Notes under the pieces: generated by a model
What the model was told of the DNA's origin: nothing
Database searches by the model: none
Seen by the model: the letters and a program-made list of their open reading frames with translations, nothing else
Program-made: the position numbers and the translations under genes
Part shown: positions 51,362 to 59,916 of the stretch, in pieces
Layout of the letters: each line of letters starts with the position of its first letter
Numbering within the stretch: position 1 is the first letter of the stretch
From: Sulfurovum sp.
GTDB lineage: Bacteria > Campylobacterota > Campylobacteria > Campylobacterales > Sulfurovaceae
NCBI GenBank assembly: GCA_027082955.1
Contig: JALWTA010000010.1
Location: 9,712-73,711 of the forward strand
Direction of reading: 5' to 3'
Length of the DNA stretch: 64,000 nucleotides

Positions 51362-51900
51362 TGTGTATTGACCCCAAATATCTCTTTGTATTTTTTGACT
51401 TTTGCTTGACCGGTTAAATGCCCTATGTGTATGGATTCTTGTTGGGCTTTTTCAAGATAGTCACTGATTGTTTTTACAATTTTCGCAGGATTCCCGGCAA
51501 CAATACTTCCATCCGGTACATCCTTGGTAACAACGGAATAAGCACCTACTACACAATTATTTCCAATAGTAACTCCTGGCAAAATCAAGGCGCCAAGTCC
51601 GATAAAAACATTATTTCCGACAGTAATTCTCTTGGTAATATCAAGATCGGGTATATCTTTTCGAAAAGGCAAAACTGCTCCATCATGACAAATAAATTTT
51701 GCATCTAAACTTATATAAACATTGTCTCCAAGCGTTACAAGATACGGTTCGGCACTGAACATTTTATAGCTGCTTCCGTAGATGGTAACGTGACCTTTCA
51801 TTACCACACCCAAAGATTTCGCATATTTTACCGGATATAACTCTGCCATAAGTCGTTTATATGGAACAGTAAAGATTTTTAATAATCTAAATATTTTCAT
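51358..51900 (-). CDS. Hexapeptide-repeat (LbH) O-acetyltransferase, WbbJ/MAT-like
   Basis: 180 aa. Hexapeptide repeats GNNVFIGLGALILPGVTIGNNCVVGAYSVV followed by GNPAKIV. Confidence 0.8.
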   Translation of the reverse strand: MKIFRLLKIFTVPYKRLMAELYPVKYAKSLGVVMKGHVTIYGSSYKMFSAEPYLVTLGDNVYISLDAKFICHDGAVLPFRKDIPDLDITKRITVGNNVFIGLGALILPGVTIGNNCVVGAYSVVTKDVPDGSIVAGNPAKIVKTISDYLEKAQQESIHIGHLTGQAKVKKYKEIFGVNTH

Positions 51901-53117
51901 AATCTTTTCTCCATTTTGTGTAAAAAACCATCTACTTCCTTAATATATCGTCTATAATCAAAGATTTTGTTTTGTAGGCAATAACGCTTCATTGCAACCC
52001 TTTCTTCCCTGCTGAGGTTTAATATTTTAACCATTTTATTTACTTGTTCCGCTTCATCATCAAGACTGATAATGAAACTGTTTTTACCTTCAACTGCATA
52101 TTTTTCTATATTGCTTATCATATTTGATATGACAGGTGTTCCATAGGAAATAGATTCTGAAAATTTGCTGGGGAACCCTGCTTCGATAACTCTTTCAATG
52201 TTTCTTAGAAAAATAGTAAAGTCACTTTTTTGTATATTTTCAATGATAACTGAATGAGGCTGTCTCCCATGAAAGGTGACTAGATGGGCGAGCTTTTGAA
52301 GGATATTTGAATGTTCCGGAAAAACAGATAGATAATTCTCTTTGGTCAGACCGAAAACGTCAAATGTAAAGTTTGTTTTTTGTTGATGCACATTATGTAA
52401 CATCACAATGATCTTGTCCAGTCTGTCTTTGATGGTTGTCCTCTTCTTGTCAATCCGATTTAGATTGAACGCGCTGCCTGCATACATTAGCTTGACTGTC
52501 TCTGTTTGTTCTTCTTGTGAAGGAAGGAGGTCTAAGGTATCAACATCATAGAGGGTTGGCAGTTCGACAATGGCGCGGTGATGTTTTGAATAAAACTCGG
52601 TTAAAAATCTGCTTGTGGTAATAATTCCATCGGCTTTAAGATGTATATAGCGCATGCGCAGGCTTGTATCAAGCCATTTTACAGTATTGAAAAGCAATCC
52701 TCCTCCGTTGCTTTCATACCATTCTGTTGCATCCGGAATATATAAAGCATTGTAGCGATGGCATAGTTTTCTTATGTTATATTGGGCAAGTGCAGGGTAG
52801 TTGTAGCAGATGATGCTATGGAGGTCTTTATTGTAAAATTTGGAAACGACATACTCTAAAGGTTTGGCGGTAGTGATATAGCGAAACCATGCTTTGTGGC
52901 TGCCCGGGTAGGGAACAGACCATGTCTCAAAATCCCTAACAGTTGATTTAGTCTGTTTAATGTGTGTATTTTCAGACAAAGTTTTATCAATGCCTATCAG
53001 TACGACATGATAGCCAAGATCTCTCAAAATCTTTGCATTTGCCAAAACCCTTTGTGCGGCAGCATTTTTATCGGGCAGCTCAAATCCTCCCATGTAGATT
53101 ATGGTTTTCCTTTGCAT
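51897..53117 (-). CDS. Glycosyltransferase (GT-B/GT4-like)
   Basis: 406 aa and soluble. An N-terminal Rossmann-like IIYMGGFELPDKNAAAQRV and a C-terminal GFPSKFSESISYGTPVI (E-x7-E-like). Confidence 0.6.
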   Translation of the reverse strand: MQRKTIIYMGGFELPDKNAAAQRVLANAKILRDLGYHVVLIGIDKTLSENTHIKQTKSTVRDFETWSVPYPGSHKAWFRYITTAKPLEYVVSKFYNKDLHSIICYNYPALAQYNIRKLCHRYNALYIPDATEWYESNGGGLLFNTVKWLDTSLRMRYIHLKADGIITTSRFLTEFYSKHHRAIVELPTLYDVDTLDLLPSQEEQTETVKLMYAGSAFNLNRIDKKRTTIKDRLDKIIVMLHNVHQQKTNFTFDVFGLTKENYLSVFPEHSNILQKLAHLVTFHGRQPHSVIIENIQKSDFTIFLRNIERVIEAGFPSKFSESISYGTPVISNMISNIEKYAVEGKNSFIISLDDEAEQVNKMVKILNLSREERVAMKRYCLQNKIFDYRRYIKEVDGFLHKMEKRL

Positions 53118-53978
53118 TTAGTTGTTCCCATAATGGTCATAATACTCAGGATGTTTGTCCATCCATTCTTTCAGTTCGACTAACATCTGTTCGTAATCGG
53201 GAACAAGATAGTTTAACTCCTTGCGTGTACAAATAAGACTTTTGTCTACTTTGTAATCATCATAAGGTACTACGGTGATCTGTTTCCCCCATACTTTTGC
53301 AAAGAGTTTTAGAAGTTCAAATTTGGAAATCTTTTCATGTGGGCATAAATGATATAGTCCGACAATATCCTGTTTAATGAATTCTACAGTGGCTTTTGCT
53401 AGTTCTAGTGTCGTAACTCCGGACCAATAGGCTTGCGTATAGCCATTAACTGTATCTTTTTGTTTTAAAAACCAATCAAGCAAACCTGTACCATTGTTTT
53501 TGAGCTCTGGACCGATGATGGAAGTTCTAATAGTCAGGTCTTTATCATTGACAATTTCGCCTAGTGCTTTTGTTCTTGCATAATTGTCATCTCCATCCCT
53601 ATAGGATGTTTCTGTATATTGTCCTTTTTGACCCGAGAAGACACAATCTGTACTGATATGGATTAGCTTATAGTCAAGTTCATTGCCTAATCCGGATAAA
53701 AAGTTGGGCAAATAACTGTTAAGCAAAATTGCTGAAGAAAGATCCTCTTTTGACTGGGAGACCAAAGCACCTACACAGTTAACAACATAATGGGGGTTAA
53801 GATTTTCAAGATACTTTTCAAGTGCATTAAAGTCAGTTACATCCAAAACAGTATCAACATACTTTCCTTTTTTACGTGCTACACCAAATATGTCATACGT
53901 ATTTGTGTTATCAAGTATTTCTGCCATAATGTGTCCAGCCATACCTTGTGAGCCTAGAATGACAATTTTTTTCTTCAT
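53118..53978 (-). CDS. RmlD-like SDR 4-reductase (WbvR-type; UDP-2-acetamido-2,6-dideoxy-L-hexos-4-ulose reductase candidate)
   Basis: I chose ATG 53978, which gives an ATGA overlap with the upstream epimerase stop. The 286-aa product has ILGSQGMAGH and YARTKALGE (YxxxK). The size and layout match RmlD rather than the ~370-aa FnlB/Cap5F. Confidence 0.6.
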   Translation of the reverse strand: MKKKIVILGSQGMAGHIMAEILDNTNTYDIFGVARKKGKYVDTVLDVTDFNALEKYLENLNPHYVVNCVGALVSQSKEDLSSAILLNSYLPNFLSGLGNELDYKLIHISTDCVFSGQKGQYTETSYRDGDDNYARTKALGEIVNDKDLTIRTSIIGPELKNNGTGLLDWFLKQKDTVNGYTQAYWSGVTTLELAKATVEFIKQDIVGLYHLCPHEKISKFELLKLFAKVWGKQITVVPYDDYKVDKSLICTRKELNYLVPDYEQMLVELKEWMDKHPEYYDHYGNN

Positions 53979-55105
53979 TGGTACTGTCTCCAAACCGTGC
54001 GATTGATATAGTCAATGTAGCTGACAATAATTCTGACAACTTTTTTTGATACATTGTCACTTTTGTAATCTTCTACTATATGTACCGCATTTTTATTTTC
54101 TTCCCACTGTTGTGTGACAATATCAATCGCATTCAAGATATCATTACTTTTGAGACCGGACATGATCAACGTCCCTTCGTCCATGCCTTCAGGGCGTTCG
54201 TGTGCCTGACGAATAGTAATGGCTGGAAAATTCAATATGGAAGACTCTTCTGTGATAGTCCCGCTGTCTGAGATGGCACAATAGGCATTTTTTTGCAGAG
54301 CAATATAATCAAAAAAGCCAAGTGGTTTCATAAATTCTATTAACGGATTGAACTCTTTTATACCTATGGTTTCAAGTTTTTTTCGTGTTCTGGGATGTGT
54401 TGAAACTATGATGCGTTTGCCGTACTTCTCTGCAATTTTGTTGAGTGATTCCAGCAGATCATTGAAATTTTGTTCTGAGTCAACATTTTCTTCTCGGTGA
54501 GTACTGACGATGAAAAAATCTTTGGGTGACAGACCAAGGCGTTCCAATACGTCTGAATTATTGATATCCTCCCTATGATAGTTCAAGACTTCAAGCATGG
54601 ATGAACCTGTTTTGATGATTGTTTCAGGTCTGATCCCTTCGGCAATGAGGTATCGGCGCGCATGTTCGGTTAGGGTCATGTTAATATCACTGAGTTGATC
54701 AACAATTTTACGATTGATCTCCTCCGGTACTCGTTGATCAAAGCATCTGTTCCCTGCTTCCATGTGAAAGACAGGGATCTTACGACGTTTCGCAGAGATA
54801 ACAGAAAGACAGGAGTTTGTATCACCATAAAGCAGTACGGCATCAGGTTTGAGTTCATCAAAAAGTCTGTCTGACGTGCTGATAACGTTAGCAATGGTTT
54901 CAGCAGCATTTTCCGCTGCTGCATTTAAGAAGTAGTCAGGCTTTTTGATGCCCATATCGTTAAAAAAAACTTCATTTAACTCATAATCGTAATTTTGTCC
55001 TGTATGTACCAAAATGTGTTCTGTAAACTTCTCTAGCTCAGAGATTACACGGCTAAGTTTAATGATCTCGGGTCGCGTTCCGACTATTGTCATGACCCTT
55101 TTCAC
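53975..55105 (-). CDS. UDP-2-acetamido-2,6-dideoxy-L-hexose / UDP-GlcNAc 2-epimerase (non-hydrolysing; FnlC/WbvD/Cap5G family)
   Basis: 376 aa. It has IVGTRPEIIKL and HTGQNYD, the typical epimerase_2 layout. Confidence 0.85.
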   Translation of the reverse strand: MKRVMTIVGTRPEIIKLSRVISELEKFTEHILVHTGQNYDYELNEVFFNDMGIKKPDYFLNAAAENAAETIANVISTSDRLFDELKPDAVLLYGDTNSCLSVISAKRRKIPVFHMEAGNRCFDQRVPEEINRKIVDQLSDINMTLTEHARRYLIAEGIRPETIIKTGSSMLEVLNYHREDINNSDVLERLGLSPKDFFIVSTHREENVDSEQNFNDLLESLNKIAEKYGKRIIVSTHPRTRKKLETIGIKEFNPLIEFMKPLGFFDYIALQKNAYCAISDSGTITEESSILNFPAITIRQAHERPEGMDEGTLIMSGLKSNDILNAIDIVTQQWEENKNAVHIVEDYKSDNVSKKVVRIIVSYIDYINRTVWRQYQ

Positions 55106-56130
55106 GAGATCACTCCAAATTCTCTTAGATCATCTTGTATCTCTAAAAGATTTAAAAGCATTTCTTTGAGTTCATCTTCATTTAGTTGATATGTATTATG
55201 CGAGTGGTACTCGTCCGCCTGTGTAACAACCTCTTCGCCCTCTTCAAAGAATTTTGCATAATTTAAATCTCTAGTATCCGCAGGAATACGGTAATAATCT
55301 CCCATATCCTCTGCATGAACCATCTCTTCTCGAGTCAAAAGTGCTTCATATAGTTTTTCTCCATGCCGTGTCCCTATAATTTTGATTGGGTGTTCAGGTT
55401 TACCTAGCATCTTTGTCAAGGTATTTGCCAGTAACTCTATAGTTGCAGCTGGAGCTTTTTGAACAAATATATCTCCATTTCTACCGTTTTCAAAGGCAAA
55501 GAGAACCAATTCTACTGCTTGGTCAAGACTCATCATAAAGCGTGTCATGGCAGGATCGGTAATGGTGATTGCTTTACCTTGTCGGATCTGATCAATGAAG
55601 AGAGGAATCACCGAACCACGGGATGCCATAACATTGCCATAGCGGGTTACAGCGATCATGGTTTCATCATCATTCAGATTACGTGATTTTGCTACAGCTA
55701 CACGCTCCATCATAGCTTTACTGATCCCCATAGCATTTATTGGATAGACCGCTTTGTCTGTGCTGAGAACTATGATTTTCTTTACACCGGCATCTATAGC
55801 TTCATAAAGCACATTTTCAGTTCCCACGACATTGGTTTTGACAGCCTGCATAGGATAAAATTCGCATGATGGCACCTGCTTGAGTGCTGCAGCATGAAAA
55901 ACAAAGTCCACGCCACGCATAGCATCTTTGATAGAGTTTGGATCACGTACATCACCCAGGTAAAATTTAAGCTTAGGATTGTTGTACTGTTTACGCATAT
56001 CATCCTGTTTCTTTTCATCGCGTGAAAAGATGCGAATCTCTTTAATATCTGTATTTAAAAAACGTCGCAGAACAGCGTTTCCGAATGAACCTGTTCCCCC
56101 AGTAATTAGTAGTGTTTTATTTTTGAACAT
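55102..56130 (-). CDS. UDP-GlcNAc 4,6-dehydratase/5-epimerase (FnlA/WbvB/CapE family)
   Basis: ATG 56130 is preceded by GGAG and gives MFKNKTLLITGGTGSFGNAVLRRF. The catalytic MGISKAMMER is typical of the CapE family. Confidence 0.85.
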   Translation of the reverse strand: MFKNKTLLITGGTGSFGNAVLRRFLNTDIKEIRIFSRDEKKQDDMRKQYNNPKLKFYLGDVRDPNSIKDAMRGVDFVFHAAALKQVPSCEFYPMQAVKTNVVGTENVLYEAIDAGVKKIIVLSTDKAVYPINAMGISKAMMERVAVAKSRNLNDDETMIAVTRYGNVMASRGSVIPLFIDQIRQGKAITITDPAMTRFMMSLDQAVELVLFAFENGRNGDIFVQKAPAATIELLANTLTKMLGKPEHPIKIIGTRHGEKLYEALLTREEMVHAEDMGDYYRIPADTRDLNYAKFFEEGEEVVTQADEYHSHNTYQLNEDELKEMLLNLLEIQDDLREFGVIS

Positions 56131-57175
56131 TGTTTTCTCCAATATTTTCAATATACCACTCTATCGCTTCTTCCATCCCCTGATAGATATCATGTGTCGG
56201 TTCATAGCCAACTATCTTCTTGGCTTTGGAGATGTCGGCATTTGAGTGGCGAATATCGCCCGGGCGGAAGTCTCTGTAGATTGGTTGTTGGTTGATAGTT
56301 GATAGTTGATGCTTCTGTGCTGATTTATTCAGTTGATCCTTAATAAGATTGAATAGTTCATTAAGGGTATTTCTGCCACCAACTGCTACATTGAAGGCTT
56401 CCCCGAATGCTTCAGGGTTCTCTGTCAGTCCGGCAAGGACATTCATTTGGATAACGTTGTCTATATAAGTGAAGTCACGACTGGTTTCTCCATCGCCGTT
56501 GATGAAAACATCTTCACCTTTGAGCATGGATGCCACCCATTTTGGGATGACCGCTGCATAAGCACCGTTAGGGTCTTGTCGTCTTCCAAATACATTGAAG
56601 TAACGCAGTCCAAGTGTCTCCATACCGTAGACTTTGTGAAAGACGGAACCATAAAGTTCGTTGGTCGCTTTCATCGCGGCATAGGGAGAGAGTACGTTTC
56701 CTGTACGTTCCTCGACTTTGGGAAGCTCTTTTGAATCCCCATATACAGAACTTGAACTGGCATAGACAAACCGTTTGATACCGGCATCTTTGGCGGCAGT
56801 GATCATGTTGAGAAATCCTGTGATGTTGGAACGGTTTGAAGTAATAGGATCATCGATGGAACGGGGAACCGAGCCGAGTGCAGCCTGATGCAACACTATA
56901 TCTACACTTTCACAAGCTCGCTTGCAAGTTTCAAAGTCTGCTATATCTCCCTCTATGAAAGTAAAGTTCTTTGCATTCTTTTCGCCAACACTTGCCAGAA
57001 CATCATCGATGTTGTGCTGATAGCCGGTAGAAAAGTTATCCAGACCAACCACTTTTTGGTTGTGGTTGAGTAGAAACTCTGTAAGGTTGGATCCGATGAA
57101 ACCGGCATTGCCGGTAATCAGCCATGTTTTTTGTTCTGTATCGAATTTTTCTAATAGTCGTTCAAATGTTGTCAT
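56117..57175 (-). CDS. UDP-GlcNAc / UDP-GlcNAcA C4-epimerase (WbpP/TviC family)
   Basis: ATG 57175 (SD AAGGA) gives MTTFERLLEKFDTEQKTWLITGNAGFIGSNL. It also has GLDNFSTGYQHNIDDV and YAAMKATNE. The longer ORF-track start at 57277 runs into the toxin gene. Confidence 0.8.
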   Translation of the reverse strand: MTTFERLLEKFDTEQKTWLITGNAGFIGSNLTEFLLNHNQKVVGLDNFSTGYQHNIDDVLASVGEKNAKNFTFIEGDIADFETCKRACESVDIVLHQAALGSVPRSIDDPITSNRSNITGFLNMITAAKDAGIKRFVYASSSSVYGDSKELPKVEERTGNVLSPYAAMKATNELYGSVFHKVYGMETLGLRYFNVFGRRQDPNGAYAAVIPKWVASMLKGEDVFINGDGETSRDFTYIDNVIQMNVLAGLTENPEAFGEAFNVAVGGRNTLNELFNLIKDQLNKSAQKHQLSTINQQPIYRDFRPGDIRHSNADISKAKKIVGYEPTHDIYQGMEEAIEWYIENIGENNVQK

Positions 57176-57188
57176 GATTTTCCTTGTT

Positions 57189-57524
57189 TTAGCATATTTT
57201 ATGTATGAGATTTTCCAGGTTTTTCTGATCAACCTCAGATAAGCTTCCCACTTTTGTAAGTACATGACTTTTTTCAATGGTTGCTATGGCAGCCTTGAAA
57301 ATAGAAGGTTTCAATAAACCGCAAGTCTGCCATTCACTTACTTCCAATTCGAACTCCAGTTTATTGTCTACATTGCTTGATATAGCCAAAATCAACAAGG
57401 TATCTCTGCCATCTTCATTGTATGTAGGAGAAGAAATGACTACAGCAGGACGTGCTTTGTATTTTAGACTACTGGCAAATGGAAATTTGACAATGACAAT
57501 ATCATACTTGAAGATATCGGTCAT
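57189..57524 (-). CDS. PemK/MazF-like type II toxin
   Basis: ATG 57524 gives a 111-aa protein. YDIVIVKFPFASSLKYKARPAVVIS and LLKPSIFKAAIATIEKSHVLTKVGSL fit the MazF/PemK pattern. The ORF-track N-terminal extension is probably not translated. Confidence 0.65.
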   Translation of the reverse strand: MTDIFKYDIVIVKFPFASSLKYKARPAVVISSPTYNEDGRDTLLILAISSNVDNKLEFELEVSEWQTCGLLKPSIFKAAIATIEKSHVLTKVGSLSEVDQKNLENLIHKIC

Positions 57525-57711
57525 ATACGCTATCCTCTTGGTTGTCCCATATTTTCTTGAATGATTTTTGAGAAATTTCAATAAAATCTTTTTGATCTTT
57601 ATCTTCATTGATGACTTCATACTTTTTGACTACATCATCTTTTAGATTTTGGATAATATTTAATACAATATCCAATTTAGAATCTTCGATTTCCAGCTTT
57701 ATGGTTCTCAT
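57502..57711 (-). CDS. Putative antitoxin of unassigned family, partner of the MazF-like toxin
   Basis: 69 aa, acidic C-terminus (WDNQEDSVYDRY). It overlaps the toxin start by 23 nt and has its own SD and promoter. Confidence 0.5.
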   Translation of the reverse strand: MRTIKLEIEDSKLDIVLNIIQNLKDDVVKKYEVINEDKDQKDFIEISQKSFKKIWDNQEDSVYDRYLQV

Positions 57712-57730
57712 ATATCATCCTTTTTTAGCC

Positions 57731-57739
57731 ATTATAGCA
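57731..57739 (-). promoter_or_regulatory. Extended -10 promoter element TGcTATAAT for TA pair 2
   Basis: Plus-strand attatagca equals minus-strand TGCTATAAT, 19 nt upstream of the antitoxin ATG (SD AAGGA). It is the same 9-mer as upstream of TA pair 1. Confidence 0.5.
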
Positions 57740-57763
57740 AAATTTGCAATGGTGTCTACGGCA

Positions 57764-59020
57764 CTACAATTTTCCGTCGCTCTTTTTCAATTTGGACTTG
57801 ATATCGTAAGCAACCGCTTTTTCGTCAGCTTTCAGATTATCAATATCCAAATCGCTAAACGCATCATGTGCGACTGCCAAAACGATAGCATCATACTGCC
57901 TGTTCAATGACCCCAATAAGTCGATATTGTATTCTCTTTTTACCTCTTCTTTATCCGCCCATGGATCATAGACGCTGACATTGGTACCAAACTCTTGAAG
58001 CTCTCTTATGACATCGATCACTCTTGAATTGCGAATATCCGGGCAGTTCTCTTTAAAAGTAATTCCAAGCACCAGCACATTGGCACCCTCAATTTTATGC
58101 CCTTTTTTGATCATCAGTTTCACAACCTGATTGGCGACATAGATACCCATATTGTCATTGAGTCTTCTTCCCGCTAAAATGATCTCGGGATTGTGACCTA
58201 CTTCTTGGGCTTTATGAGTGAGATAATAGGGATCCACACCTATACAGTGTCCACCCACAAGACCCGGTCGGAAAGGGAGGAAGTTCCATTTGGTACCGGC
58301 AGCTTGGAGTACCGCTTCGGTGTCGATGCCGAGTTTGTTGAAGATGATGGCAAGTTCATTGACAAAAGCAATGTTAATGTCACGCTGTGAATTTTCAATT
58401 ACCTTTGCCGCCTCGGCAACCTTGATGGAAGGTGCCAGGTGGGTACCTGCAGTAATAATGGAGGCATACAGATCATTAACGATCTTCCCGATTTCAGGTG
58501 TAGAACCAGAAGTGACTTTCAAAATTTTGGTAACGGTGTGCTCTTTGTCCCCGGGGTTGATGCGCTCAGGAGAGTAGCCGCAGAAAAAGTCTTTGTTGAA
58601 TGTCAGTCCACTTGTTTTTTCGAGGATAGGAACACAGTCCTCTTCTGTCGCTCCCGGATAAACGGTAGACTCGTAAATGACAATGTCCCCTTTTTTCAGT
58701 ACTTTCCCAATAGACTCACTTGCTTTGAGCAGAGGGGTGAGATCAGGACGTTTATGCTCATCGATGGGTGTTGGAACGGTTACGATGTAAGTATTGCAAT
58801 CAGCTATATCTTCGAGTTGATTAGTGAACTCCATACCGTTGGCAATCGCTTCGTTAACCTGTTCGTCATTCAGTTCCAAGGTACGGTCATGACCGCTTCT
58901 AAGCTCGTCTATACGCCATTGTGCAATATCGAATCCGACTACTTTGTACTTTGTGCTAAAAGCATGCGCGAGTGGTAGTCCGACATACCCTAACCCTATG
59001 ACAGCGATTTTGTGATCCAT
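57764..59020 (-). CDS. UDP-N-acetyl-hexosamine 6-dehydrogenase (TviB/WbpO/CapL family)
   Basis: 418 aa. [18 protein letters not shown] and [22 protein letters not shown] are family-typical, and the catalytic Cys is in [11 protein letters not shown]. Confidence 0.85.
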   Translation of the reverse strand: MDHKIAVIGLGYVGLPLAHAFSTKYKVVGFDIAQWRIDELRSGHDRTLELNDEQVNEAIANGMEFTNQLEDIADCNTYIVTVPTPIDEHKRPDLTPLLKASESIGKVLKKGDIVIYESTVYPGATEEDCVPILEKTSGLTFNKDFFCGYSPERINPGDKEHTVTKILKVTSGSTPEIGKIVNDLYASIITAGTHLAPSIKVAEAAKVIENSQRDINIAFVNELAIIFNKLGIDTEAVLQAAGTKWNFLPFRPGLVGGHCIGVDPYYLTHKAQEVGHNPEIILAGRRLNDNMGIYVANQVVKLMIKKGHKIEGANVLVLGITFKENCPDIRNSRVIDVIRELQEFGTNVSVYDPWADKEEVKREYNIDLLGSLNRQYDAIVLAVAHDAFSDLDIDNLKADEKAVAYDIKSKLKKSDGKL

Positions 59021-59031
59021 AACAATCCTTC

Positions 59032-59916
59032 CTAAATGATTTTCTGTTCAGCGCGTCTGAGCAGGTATTGGCCGTACTGGTTCTTCTTTAGTGGTTGAGC
59101 CAGTTCTATGAGCTTCTCTTTGTTGATGTAACCCATTTCGTAAGCGATCTCTTCGATACAGGCGACTTTGAGCCCCTGACGGTTTTCGATGGTCTGGATG
59201 AAGTTGGAGGCTTCAAGCAGGCTTTCGTGGGTGCCGGTATCGAGCCACGCGTAGCCTCTGCCCATCAGCTTGACCTTCAGACGTTTTTCTTCAAGATACA
59301 TCTGGTTGAGGGTGGTGATCTCCAGTTCACCACGGTCGCTTGGCTTGACCTCTTTGGCTTTTTTGACCACATCGTTGGGGTAGAAGTAGAGCCCCACCAC
59401 AGCATAGTTGCTTTTTGGGTTTTCCGGCTTCTCTTCAATGGAGATGACGTTACCTTCCTCATCGAACTCGGCAACCCCGTAGCGCTCCGGATCTTTGACA
59501 TAGTAGCCAAAGACGGTAGCAGCATTGTGTTCTGTGGCGTTGCTAACAGAAGTTGCAAGCATCTGTGTCAGACCGTGTCCGTAGAAAATGTTGTCACCCA
59601 GTACCAGTGCTACATCGTCATCACCGATGAACTCTTCACCAAGAATGAACGCCTGTGCCAGCCCGTCCGGGCTTGGCTGTACGACGTAGCTGAACTGCAT
59701 ACCGATATCACTTCCGTCTCCTAGCAGCTGCTCAAAACGCGGCAGGTCTGTCGGTGTGGAGATGATGAGCACTTCCGTAATGCCTGCAAGCATCAGGACC
59801 GAAAGCGGATAGTAGATCATCGGTTTGTCATAGATGGGAACCAGCTGTTTGCTGACCCCTTTGGTGATAGGGTAGAGCCGTGTGCCTGACCCGCCTGCTA
59901 AAATGATGCCTTTCAT
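59032..59916 (-). CDS. rfbA: Glucose-1-phosphate thymidylyltransferase
   Basis: ATG 59916 gives [18 protein letters not shown]. It also has [11 protein letters not shown] and LGDNIF. ATGA overlap with the rfbB stop. Confidence 0.9.
   Translation of the reverse strand: MKGIILAGGSGTRLYPITKGVSKQLVPIYDKPMIYYPLSVLMLAGITEVLIISTPTDLPRFEQLLGDGSDIGMQFSYVVQPSPDGLAQAFILGEEFIGDDDVALVLGDNIFYGHGLTQMLATSVSNATEHNAATVFGYYVKDPERYGVAEFDEEGNVISIEEKPENPKSNYAVVGLYFYPNDVVKKAKEVKPSDRGELEITTLNQMYLEEKRLKVKLMGRGYAWLDTGTHESLLEASNFIQTIENRQGLKVACIEEIAYEMGYINKEKLIELAQPLKKNQYGQYLLRRAEQKII

Noticed and set aside
56117-57277. Long ORF-track versions of several genes: 56117-57277, 57189-57620, 59032-59973, 8570-9172, 9132-11189, 55102-56151, 53118-53993 and 6131-7612
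   Set aside because: The N-terminal extensions overlap upstream genes and lack homology to the families. Internal starts give canonical family N-termini and are preceded by SD-like sequences or ATGA/ATGCGTAA coupling overlaps. I used the shorter coordinates.
57744-57749. TTGCAA as a -35 box for the TA pair 2 promoter
   Set aside because: It lies only 7 nt from the TATAAT hexamer, and about 17 nt is required. The promoter call rests on the extended -10 element alone.
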